Shown in pieces: positions 13,573 through 24,736 of a DNA stretch of 64,000 bases. The notes under the pieces were generated by a model, which worked only from the letters and a program-made list of their open reading frames with translations, made no database searches and was not told the DNA's origin. Numbering within the stretch: position 1 is the stretch's first letter; each line of letters starts with the position of its first letter. Location of the stretch: the NCBI GenBank assembly GCA_045837725.1, contig JBEWZL010000030.1, forward strand, positions 62,001-126,000, read 5' to 3'. The position numbers were made by a program, and so were the translations under genes. This DNA comes from Vermamoeba vermiformis. Its lineage: Eukaryota.

Positions 13573-14443
13573 CGTGTAACGGTAATTTTGCAATTTTTCG
13601 TGATCAGATCGGCTTGGTTTATCCGTTTAACATAAATAATAAAAATACAAAATAATAATATTATTGTTACTATGTACACGTTGTTAGTTTAGAACAACCA
13701 TTGAAGAAAGGTTGTTAGCATTGTCACGAAATTTAGTTCTCGACAAATTTAGTTGAAAATTACTTATGGTTTTCATTGAAAAGTTCTGTAGAGTTGTGAC
13801 CACACCTCATCAGACGTCTTATAAACATTAAAGCATAGGAGTCACAAGAGGTACATGTTCTTTCTGAACAACGCACTAAATATAGAACTAGATTGGGGAG
13901 AGAGGACCTCTATTTCACTACCGTAGTTATTTTTGAATCCCTAGGATATGATTTCTCCGATGCCATCAACTTTGTGCAGCCGCAAGTTGCACGATCCAAT
14001 CTTGAGGAAAATCCCAGATCGGATCTGTTATATTCCCAAGGGCGAAGAATCATGGTTGATAAGAATATACAAAATTAAACTGAAGTAAGTCATGCTAAAT
14101 AAGAAGCATAAGTTTGTGTTTTGGCTCCAACCGACATTAATTCTTGAATTTAGATCGTCACTTTAAATTAAATTATTAATTTCCGACGTCTAAATAAGAA
14201 CAACAGTTGGTTCTAATATTATAAATCAGGCAAATTCGAATTAAGCAGTTGACGAGAACACAAACTCAAATTTAATTTAATTTCGCGGTTAGTAGCAATC
14301 TCGGGACAATCTGAATAATTTCGTGCCTATTAATAACCTGATAAGGAAAGTATAATCCACGAGCCCAGCTAAAAAATCGTCGGTCGAAGATAAATTATTC
14401 ATTGTTTTTCTTGCATTTAACGGCTACCACACGTCCCGTCATA

Positions 14444-14920
14444 ATGTACCGAAACCTTGCTATTATTGGGGTATTTCTTGCTATTGCGGTCACTGCCTCA
14501 GCAGATCTGACTTGCTACTACAGCAACGGCAATACAATTATGACTTACAACGTAACCGACCCCTCCTACGTCTGCACCACTTACGAATTTACTTGCACTA
14601 AAGGAGACACCGCTTGCACTGCTGACGAGCAAGCTGCGGGCACTAACAAAACCGTCTACGCTTTCACATCCAATGCCACTTGCGACACTATGATGGCCAC
14701 TCCTGATACATACCGCAACGTTGTATGCTGCAGCACTGACCTGTGCAATGCCCCTCCTGCTACTCCTGCCAGAACTGCCGCCCCAACTGCCGCTCCAACC
14801 GCCGCTACTCCCACCGGATCTTCTGCCCCGAAGGCCTCTACCCCTGTTAAAGCTAGCTTTGGCTCGGTCATTGTTCCTTCAACATTGTTATTTGCCTCTG
14901 CCATTGCTCTTGTTTATTGA
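14444..14920 (+). CDS. Secreted, probably GPI-anchored Cys-rich protein with Ly6/three-finger-like signature
   Basis: Intronless ORF with signal peptide (MYRNLAIIGVFLAIAVTASA), an 8-Cys domain LTCY...CCSTDLCN, an Ala/Pro/Thr stalk and a hydrophobic C-terminus. Confidence 0.8.
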   Translation: MYRNLAIIGVFLAIAVTASADLTCYYSNGNTIMTYNVTDPSYVCTTYEFTCTKGDTACTADEQAAGTNKTVYAFTSNATCDTMMATPDTYRNVVCCSTDLCNAPPATPARTAAPTAAPTAATPTGSSAPKASTPVKASFGSVIVPSTLLFASAIALVY

Positions 14921-15110
14921 ACTTTGTGGGCAATTAAATTAATTATTTTAAAAGGGATCGTATTATTGCGGTTTCTTCTTAGGTGCATCGAGGAACAAGC
15001 GTCAAGTTTACAGTCTAGCGAGATTTTCGTTAGCAAAGCAAATTATTTTTTAAACGGTTTGGATCTCAAAAAGTTAAACTGAAATTACTGTCTAAAAGTA
15101 AAATTTGATT

Positions 15111-15413
15111 TTATTCCTCGGAGTCACTAAGGTCAGGTATATTTCCAGAAAACAGGTCTCCCTTTTTCACTTTTTCAGGCTTAATTGGAGGTTTATAGTC
15201 TCCTAAGCCATCCTTGCCGCTTGTAAACGACAGCATTCTCTTTGCAGGTCCTTAAAGAAATATATTATTAGATATTTAAATAATGCTCGCATTGATATTA
15301 ATAAAGCCAACAAACCAATCCGTACTTTCGTCGCCAATTTTTTTGGTTTTAATCTTCTTCTCTTTTGGCTTAATGGATATTTCAGCTGGCTCGTTAGGAT
15401 CGCGTTGACTCAT
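15111..15413 (-). CDS. Hypothetical 75-aa Lys-rich microprotein, two exons
   Basis: ATG at 15413, a phase-1 GTACGG...TTTAAG intron and TAA at 15111 give MSQRDPNEPAEISIKPKEKKIKTKKIGDERPAKRMLSF...PDLSDSEE. Not in the ORF track. Confidence 0.5.
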
Positions 15414-15492
15414 TTGTGGTATTATAAACTACGTGACAAGTTTGGAATTCCACTTTTCGAAAATGGCCACTTTTTTATTGTGGATCGAATTC

Positions 15493-18400
15493 TCAAAATA
15501 GATTGGTGTTATTATTGTTCAGCATTTGTGAGACACTTCCGGAACGCTTCAACTTTGGCGAAGACGCAATAAATGTAGCCAAGCTGTTCGTACGAACCAA
15601 TTGAGATCTCTCCGTCTTGATCCCCGATGCTGAAAAAACGGAATTCGATTAGCCTCTGTATTAGCATTACTATTATAATCTTTCTTACCGTTAGAAGTGC
15701 TCTTATTGCGTTGATAAAGCTCTTGTTCAGCCGTGTCATTCACAATGAACCGCACCACCGTTACGCGTTGAGTTTGACCTTGACGATAGGCACGACCAAT
15801 GGCTTGATTTTCATAAGCACGTGCTTCTTCGACAGTGCCGCTCATAGGGTCTAATAATACTACGTGCGTGGCTTCAACGAGGTTCGTGCCCGATGCAGCC
15901 TTCTCGAGACTCAACAAGATGACTTTAATCGGCGAATTCTCTTCTTTGAACTGCTGCAAGATTTTGGTCTTGTTGGTGACAGTGCTGGAATAATAAGGCC
16001 ATTAGATCAGGGACACAACTGATGTAAGTGACGAGACGTACCCTTCAAGGAACGCGCAAGGCACACCCGCGCGTTTGAGCAGATCTTCGACCGCGCGCAA
16101 GTAATCAGTGAACTTTGAAAACAATATCGCCCTGTGCTTGGGATCATCGTTGAATAGCTCTTTGAGCCACGAAGATAGACCGCGACAGTTTGCTGCCGTA
16201 GTTATTGATCATCTCGTGCTTTTTCACTTCTTCTTCGCTCAATTTTTTAATCTTCTTTTTGCTTGCTTTTTCATCTGCCTCTTTGTCGGGCAAGATAAGG
16301 TCCTAGTACCAGTTAAATGACGCTACAGATCAAGGGCGATTCGGAGCACTTACGACTGATTCCCACCGCTCCAAGAACGCAGTTTGTGTTGCAAGTTGTT
16401 TCTCGAAGCCCTCAACGAGTGTATCATAGTGCTCATAATGTCGCATCTGAGCTTGCGTCATAGGACTTTGTAGACGTTCAGCAAAGTTTCGTTGATCAGT
16501 TCTTGTTTGGGCAATTCTTTGCTGGGTGTAAGTGATTTCGTGCTACAAAACCGAATTAGTCAGTGCTAAAACGCACATTAGTAATATTCTTACCTTTAAA
16601 TTATTAATTTTTTGTTTTCTTAAAGTAATCAGATCCTCGCCTTCGTAGAACAAGCCGCAGCACAGCTTCAATTGTTGAACTTTGGATTTTGACGCTACAA
16701 ATAATGCAGTTAGCGTAATGTAAATAGGAAAGGTATTTAAATACCTTCATATTGATCGTATAAGATAGTTTCGTAAGGATGGAAGTCCACGAACACGAGT
16801 TCTTCGTCAGTATCGGGCACTGCATACTCGGATTCAACGCTCTCTTTTGTATTTCTCCAAACCAAGTTGTTGTAAATCAGATCCGATTCGACCCAGCTTA
16901 ATGAGAATGTCATTTAATTTATCACGTAGACTCGTATTAATACGACGTACCATTCGTAACGGTCGGCAGTGCTTGACTCGGCCAGGAAATCAGGCTCCCA
17001 TATTTCCAAGAAACGTTTGATGTAGTGCAGTAAGTCCCTACAGGTTCATTAAGGAGGTAATTAGCACTCACCGTGATTCGAATGGAGCGAGACACTTACG
17101 TATTTGGGAAGGGTGTGCCGGTCACGTACCACGCATAATTCTTTTGCAACAACTGAAGCATATCTAAGCGTCGCTCAGTTAATCAATGATTTCAGTCGGA
17201 TTGGAAGGACTTACTGCCGAGGAACTGGTCATTTAATGCTTCGTGACCTTCATCGAGTACAATGCGATGGAAGTGGAAGTGATCGAGAATAGGGAACTTG
17301 TTCGTAAGTCCCCCTTTCGCTTTGATCTCCTGATTATATTGTTAGCAAATATATTTTGTCTTGCAGAGCACGTACGTCTAAATTCTTCAGAACGACAGGA
17401 CGACGTTTGAGAGGTGCATCTCGGCCCATACCGGGCTTTTTGCCTTTAATACCGCCATCGAAATAGTTCTTGTTCTTCAACAGTTGGTACGTAACAACGA
17501 CCACATCTGTAGCAAATTGTCAAATTGTTTGTTCATCGGATCTGACAACAACGTACCTGCATCAACAACTTGTTGATAAGAAACGCTACGAAGGTCGTTG
17601 GTCGTTGATAATAGAACAGTTTTCATCTTCTTGTCGCTGTACTTGGCAATCTCATCGATCCATTGCTGCGCGATGTGATTAGGGCACGTCACGAGGGTGG
17701 CACGAGAGTTGTATAGTTGAGGCTCGTAATCTGTGCGCAATGTATCCAAGTCCTTTGGTGCAGGGTTACTAGCGATGAGTCCGATAACTAAAACGAGAGT
17801 TAGCACGTGTTCAGAATCGAGTGTTCAGGACGTACTTTCTACGGTTTTGCCAAGACCCATCTCATCTGCAAGAACGCCTCCCTTGGACTTAAACTCGCCA
17901 ACATACTCGCTTGCTTTCTCTGGAGTCACAACTTTTCCATTATGCAAGTCAAATAACGTGTCGATACGCGCAGATCTCCACGGGACCAGATCGCAGTATT
18001 TGAACGCTAAGCGATACATTAATGAGACACGTAATGATAAAATATTATGACCTACGTATATCCGCTTCGTTCTCGATGGATTTCATCCAACTAATAGCAT
18101 CGAGTTGGTAGTTATGAAGTTTGATGGATGAAGAGATCTCCTTCGGCTGTTCGATACGCGGTACTTTCTGTTCCACGAATTAAGCATGCTCATCAATAGT
18201 GCTCAGCACTTACATTAGGAATACACGCGGATTTGAGCTCTTTTGGTACGTCGTGCTTTATCAAGAACGCGGCAACTTCGGTTTCTACTCTGCCAATGAT
18301 ATCTTTAACAGCATCAATAGGCTCGCCTTTGTATACTAAGCGATCAAACCTGCAAGTAATTCATATTAATGTTTTTAACATAGGAATATCATAAGAGTAA

Positions 18401-19077
18401 TTGGATTCTTACTCTTTCAAGTTTAGGTGGACATCAACGCGAATACGCTCCATCTCATCCATTTTTGAGAACTCTCGGCGCCATAAATTTTCGTTCGGTG
18501 CGTAAAGACACTCGTAAGAGCTGTTTCCATACCAACTGGTAAGAAAAGCAACGGGGTTGCCTTCTTTGTCCAAAATCTTTGCCGATACGATTAGCCACCA
18601 ACTTTTATTTCCAAGAAATACCTCCCACCTTATTATTTTTTACCGCAAAAGGCTTGCCTGGATTTAATGCCTCCCAATTTTTATATATTTTCAAAGGATC
18701 GGCGATGGCAAAGTTGTTACCGTTGGGCCAAACTGAAAATAATTTAATAAGTATTTTTAAAATTATAATCGCATTAATTACGTACTATTTACGCCATTAT
18801 GCACTGGAGGATAGTCATAATGTGAATAACGAAATGCTTGGTTGACAAGGAACGGTATCCAGCCAAACAGCCTGTCTTGAGCGCACTCATGCCAATATTT
18901 GCATACGGAAAGACAAGTAAATAAGTCTTTTCTCTCAACCGACTCAAAGATCAAGGCCACGATCTCGGCGGGCAAGGGCATGTTTTCATAAGCGCTTGTT
19001 CCCTCGAGCTTAGCTCTCTTTAAGGGCTGGTGGGGCTCTTCTTCGTACTGTTCACGCTTTCTCTTGTTGTTACTCAT
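15493..19077 (-). CDS. F-box + SNF2-family (Rad5/16-like) ATPase/helicase; one apparent frameshift near 16182
   Basis: F-box LPAEIVALIFESV..DLFTCLSVCKYWH. SNF2 motifs KLHNYQLDAISWM, GGVLADEMGLGKT, LDEGHE, VTGTPFP. Helicase-C motifs SGTNLVEATHVVLLDP and QAIGRAYRQGQ. Confidence 0.85.
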
Positions 19078-19367
19078 TCTGGTAATAACAATAAAATAAT
19101 GGATCGGACAACGAGAAGGGCAACAAACGCCATGCATCAATCAACTTCATCAAAAAGTGTGAATCATGGTACTACCTGCAATTCGATGTCGATTTTATCT
19201 TCGCCTTCGACAGTATTAATTGCTGTTGGCTCTGCTGGCTTGAAATGTATCTCGGTTCGGGAGATTTCTGCATTTGAAATTTTTTTAATTAGGCGGTTCA
19301 CAAGCTCAAATTTTCTAGTTCGTTACAGTTTTTAATCGAGTTAACACAAGCGATCGTCTACAAAATT

Positions 19368-22003
19368 ATGGCTGACGCGGCACCACCCAAAATGCCTGGT
19401 ACCATTAATCCGCACATCTATTAATTAAAATTACTCACCTAATTGTAGGACCTCCCAAACAAAATGGAGTCAGCGAAAGAATCAAAACTATGCAAGTTGG
19501 TCAATTTGGAGCGAATTTGGCTGCAATGCTTCAAATGCAAAACCAAGTCACCGCATCCAAAGCTAAAATTCCTGAAGGAGCGGTTAAAATGCCTATGCCA
19601 CGAATGGTCGCAAAAGGAGAAAAAATCATTTCGTTTACTGTGGAGGCAAGCAAGGGTTCATCAGTAACTCTTAAATACTCGGATTCAACCACGGTACGTG
19701 TTATTATTTATTCGTTGCCCAGTATAACTGTAATTATTAGAAAACCGCTTCGACTCAATTAAATTGATTAAGTGATAATTATTGTGAACTAAATTGCAAT
19801 TCCATTTTTTACTTACACTTTTCCCAGGTAAACGATGTATTTAATGAGGCACAAACGCAATTATCACTCAAGAAGGATGCGGAACGTATTGGATTGTACA
19901 ACCCTAACACGGGTATATTTCTTAGAGGCGAACTGAGCCTTAAAATGCACCTGATCAAAGATGAGGTATGGATTCACGAGTTTTGTGAATTTTGAATTTA
20001 ATTGAACTCCTGTAGGACAAATTGGAGATTAAATCACGCAAAGACAAAGGTACTTTCGTCAAAGTGTTTCACCGCGGCAAGGATGAAATGGAGCTCGTCG
20101 AGATCTATCCTTCAACCACGACGATCGGCCTAATTCAATTATTGGGAAACAAAGACCCAGACACAGCCGATCAGTTTGGTTTATATTTATCCAATGGTAC
20201 TCGCCTTGAAAATGATTTAAAGCTGTCTTCTGTCATCAAAGGAGGCGTAAGTAAAGTCTCGAAATTATCATTCAATCGCTCATTTTATTGCTAAATATAG
20301 GCGACCGTTATTTTGGAATACCGACCTAGTAATATGCAAGTCGTAGCACCTACTCTCCCGCCTCCACCTCCTCTTGGAGCTATTCCATTGCCCTCAGCCA
20401 AATCTAATCCGAATCTGTTGCCGCCACCACCGCCAATGCCCAACATTCCTCCCCCTCCACAACTCGATTCCTCCGATGAAACTCCCGATACCTCTAGCGA
20501 AAAAGTAATTCCATCCGATATTTTCATGTTTTTCTTACGCTCACACAGGATCCTCAGAAGAAAAAACTTAAAATGTCAGCCAAGAACCAGAAAGACAAGA
20601 AGAAGGTCGGTAAGAAGGGCATTCCTGAAGAAAGCGAGGTCGATAAAGTCCCGCCTTTGCGATTCGACGTCGTGCAACAGTTGGTCGAGTACTTGGAAGC
20701 CAAAGGTCTCGAAGAAGTGGGCTTGTTCCGCGAGTCTGCGCCATTGACTGAAGTGAAAAAGCTTTATTCTCAATTTTTCAACGGTATGTACTAGTATTAC
20801 GCTGGTAAATACGCACCCGCTAACTTTCTATATGGCACAGATAAACTTGACATGTCACAAGTCTACGACCCTCACGTCGCTGCTGGCGCGTTGAAGCTGT
20901 ACTTCAGAGAGCAAACCGAAGCGTTGATTCCTCCTTCTACATGCCAAGAATACTCTGAGGCTGCGAGTACGTAACAAAAACGTGTTTGATTTGATTAGTG
21001 TACTAGAACTAACACGATGTAGAAGCGGGACAAGACAATGCAGCGCTGGTGACAATCATCAAAGAACAGTTCTTACCGAGACTGCCTCAGCCAAACAAAA
21101 ACATCTTACACGTTTTGCTTAATTTGTTGAGCAAGTTGGCCAAGCTCGAAGAGAAAAACAGAATGAATCCCAACGCAATTGCCATCTGCTTCGCGCCTAC
21201 TGTAATTTTTGACCGCAATGCCGCCACGGCAACGAGCATGCTGGAATTTGAAGCGTCTAAATGGACTGTACCTTTCATCGTGCGCCTTATCGAAAACTAC
21301 GAGGCGATTTATGGAGGACAACCTCTGCCTACAGGAGCCTCCTCACCGCTCAGAGGCAGCAGCAGTGGCACAGGTTCACCGATGCAATCTCGAAGAAACA
21401 GCTCACCGCCCATTCCAGGTGCCGCGACAGTACTACTTCCACCGCCTCCTGCCTTGGACCTAAGCTCAACTTTGCCGCCGCCACCAAAGCCAACAGTTCC
21501 CAGCTCACCGCGCAAACAGCCTCCAGAAGTATCTCCCCGTCGTAACGTGACATCAATGGAATTGCCCGCAGCGAACTCACCCAAGGGTCACTCGCCAAAG
21601 GGCGGCAAAAGACCAGTGTCCGTTGACATGACAGGAATTGCGAATACATTAGTGCGCGCTGTTAGCACGAACTCAATTGATCGCCCTACACGACCTCAGC
21701 CTCCACCTCCAGGTCTGCGTCAATCTACCTCGCAGACGTCAGCGGTGTTCGATCCCAAGGCCATCATCAACGCGTTAAACAACGGTACTCCCAAGGCTAA
21801 AATTGAGGCTGCTGTAACATTCATGGCATTGAAAGACGGTAGGAGCAGCAGTAATAATAGCTTATTGATACTCATATCTAATTTATCGTACAATAGACCA
21901 ACGATTCCAAACCTACGTGAGCAACTTGCCACCGAACTTTTTACTGGAACTTTTGATGAATGTGACTGCGACTCTGAGCAAGTGTACTGCTCCGAGCGAA
22001 TAG
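19368..22003 (+). CDS. RhoGAP with N-terminal tandem ubiquitin-like (talin F0/F1-like) domains and proline-rich regions
   Basis: EEVGLFRES (arginine finger), HVAAGALKLYFRE, NRMNPNAIAICFAPT. N-terminal GLYNPNTGIFL..DKLEIKSRK and QFGLYLSNGTRLE. Poly-Pro tracts. Confidence 0.85.
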
Positions 22004-22248
22004 ATTCGAACTTTTCCAATTTGTATTATTAGATAAAACTTGCGAACTTTTCAAATCACATTGGGGTGATCACGTGGCGCGGTTTTTAAATTAATTTTTG
22101 AAACTTGGCAAAAATTAGTATTTTTCTAACAGTAACAATGAGTCATCCACACGAGGTCTACGCTAACTTTGAAATAAGAATATGCAGCGATAACGATAGT
22201 ACAGCAATTAAGTCCACGTATGATATGTGTTTTTTTGACATGGTCAAA

Positions 22249-23275
22249 ATGTCGGAGCGATATTTTGCGTGGTGCGAATTAAGCGTCAGTGAAGATGAAA
22301 AAAATCAACAACATGATAATAATAAGAGAATCATATTATTGAAGTTTTTGCATCAAGCGTCAAGGTAATTAAAATTCAACAGATTTTTTAAATTAATTTT
22401 TAATTATGCAATTATTGTTAGGACTTCCGTTCCTTTAGGCCACGGCGAAAATTCATGCCCTGTACAATATTTTTATAAACCCGAAGTTCGTCAACGGGTC
22501 ACGCTGCCGCCAACGTTACGTACGCTAATCTGATCTCGATCCAGATCTTCTCTAACCATATATTTAGCCAAAGAAAAAACTATTAGAGTTGGAGTTTGCG
22601 TAATGGTGCATCATAATAATCGCATTTTAATTACCCGACGAACGGCTCAAATGAGAACATTTGCTTTGAAATGGGTTTTCCCAGGTGGGCATGTTAATGC
22701 AGGCGAAACTTTCGAGCAAGCTGGTGCGTAGCATAGCAACTATTTATTCAATACACGTATGAACATTAAATCACAGGTATTCGCGAGGTGGAAGAAGAAA
22801 CAGGATTAAAAGTTACCGATCTGAAGCTGTACGGCATGTGGGAGTCATGGTACGAATGAAACAATTATAAATAGCTATATATCTAATACTACATAGTTAT
22901 CCTACATACATTGAACAAGGTGCACCGTTAGCGCGTCATCTAGTGTTGTATTATATGGGCGAGTTAGTGGATGGAGCCTCGGACAAATTGACCTTGCAAA
23001 CAACTGAGTGCGACAGTGCCACTTGGTTGTCGCAAGAACAAGTCAATCAAGTGCTCAATAAGGAAGGTCCTAATGAAGAATTTGACGCTCTGACGTTAAA
23101 TACAGACGGACAGTTAGTGCCAACAAAATTCAAGTACAAACAACTGATCATTTCTGTGGACGACAATGCCAATGCTCCTCGCGAGAGTTTAGCACTAGGA
23201 ACTGATTTTGTGTTCAAACGATGGGTCAGTGACGTGTTTGCGCATCACTCGCTGGAAAAAGTTTCGTCGTTATAA
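22249..23275 (+). CDS. Nudix hydrolase, NUDT17-like
   Basis: ILITRRTAQMRTF..WVFPGGHVNAGETFEQAGIREVEEETGL (Nudix box across introns), then GMWES and RHLVLYY. Confidence 0.85.
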
Positions 23276-23306
23276 TAAAACGGACTTTATCCTTCTGATG
23301 TACATC

Positions 23307-24513
23307 TTATCCTTTGTAAAGAGTAGTAGGCACGCCTTTAGCGCCATGGCCGATGATTTCGAATATGCTGCCAGCGAGTGGTTCCTTCGCGGTGTCCAAG
23401 CCTCTTTTGGCCGTTGTCACGAACAATCTATCGAGATTTTTGCCGCCAAACCAGCACGAGGTTACTTGAGACACCGGGAATGGCACTCGTGTAATTACTT
23501 TGCCTTGGTTAGGATCGACTCTAGGTTAAAAATTAGTCGTAGATCCAGCCGTACACGTGACTTACTTGATGACACACGAGCCGCCCCACATAGCCACCCA
23601 AAGCATTCCTTCCTCATCGATAGTCATGCCGTCAGGAAATCCTTCCACAGCTGTATGGCTATTAGCTTAATATGCTAATAGAGTAGAAACTACGTACATC
23701 CGACAGTATGGAATATTACTCGTTTGTTTGAGACCTTGCTTGTGGCAATATCGTAATCGTAAGCGAAAATATTTTGAGTTGGTGAGTCAATAAAGTACAT
23801 TGTTTTGTGATCGTGAGACCAGCAGATGCCGTTTGAAACTGTAGTCTAAGAAGCGAAAAACTTTAGACCAAGTGCAAAATTAATAATAATATTACCTTAT
23901 CGTCCATCTTCTTTGATGAGCGATCTTCAAACAAGCAATATAAAGAGCCTAAAGGAGCTTTTTCGGTCGTATCCATTGTACCAGCCCAAAATCTACGAGG
24001 ATTGGAATTGAAACTACGTTCATTACCTCGGAAAATTCATACCTTCCCGCTGGGTCAACCTTGCCGTCGTTGAATCTGTTTCCTTCGATTTCTTTCTCGA
24101 GTTCTTGCACGATCTCGACCTTCTCAGTGTCAAGATCTAATTTAAACCCGAAATAATTAACAAAAAATATGACATAATAATATATTTGTATTTATGCCAT
24201 TAGAAGCCACTTAAGACGCGAAATTTTTTTTGGTGGTTATTTCAAATTGCAATTTTATCTTACCAAGGAAGGCAAATGCCTTAGTGGTGACGATTGCAAC
24301 ACTACGGGGCTTGTTTAATCGAGGAACAACAGTTCCTACTGACTGGTTGGGGATCTTGATCGTTTTGTCTGTTTTTGTTTCAGGATCGAACTCGTGGACT
24401 TCGCCATCGGGGATATTAACCCATAATAGCCTTTGAGTTTCAGGATTCCATATAGAACCTTCTCCTAAAGTTGATTTGCTATCAAGAATTAATTCTGCCC
24501 GTGGTGTTGACAT
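23307..24513 (-). CDS. SMP-30/gluconolactonase/regucalcin family protein
   Basis: [79 protein letters not shown] region ending ...LYKG stop. Confidence 0.9.
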
Positions 24514-24736
24514 GGTTCAGATTGAGTGAAAGAGAGATCGCTCTAAACATTCGTTTTACTTGTCGAATGGCGATAAAAATCATTGAATACTCTTTTACAT
24601 AGTACTTGAAGACAAACTAACAGATACGAGATTTGTTGTCGGCTTTCAGTTTGAGCGCGCCAAAAAATAGTCGATCTTTCAAAAGCATAAAATTAGCAAC
24701 AACGAGGTTAGGCATATTTTTTAATGTATTATATTA

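Noticed and set aside
13600-14400. Longer spacer with short ORF 13893-14078
   Set aside because: No ATG-led coherent gene, terminal repeats or recognisable RNA motifs. Treated as a divergent promoter region.
18577-18643. Apparent frameshift in the F-box-SNF2 gene at an A6 run
   Set aside because: Explained by a 67-nt intron (GTAAAA...CTAAT...CAAAG) that restores the frame. AAG acceptors occur elsewhere in the window.
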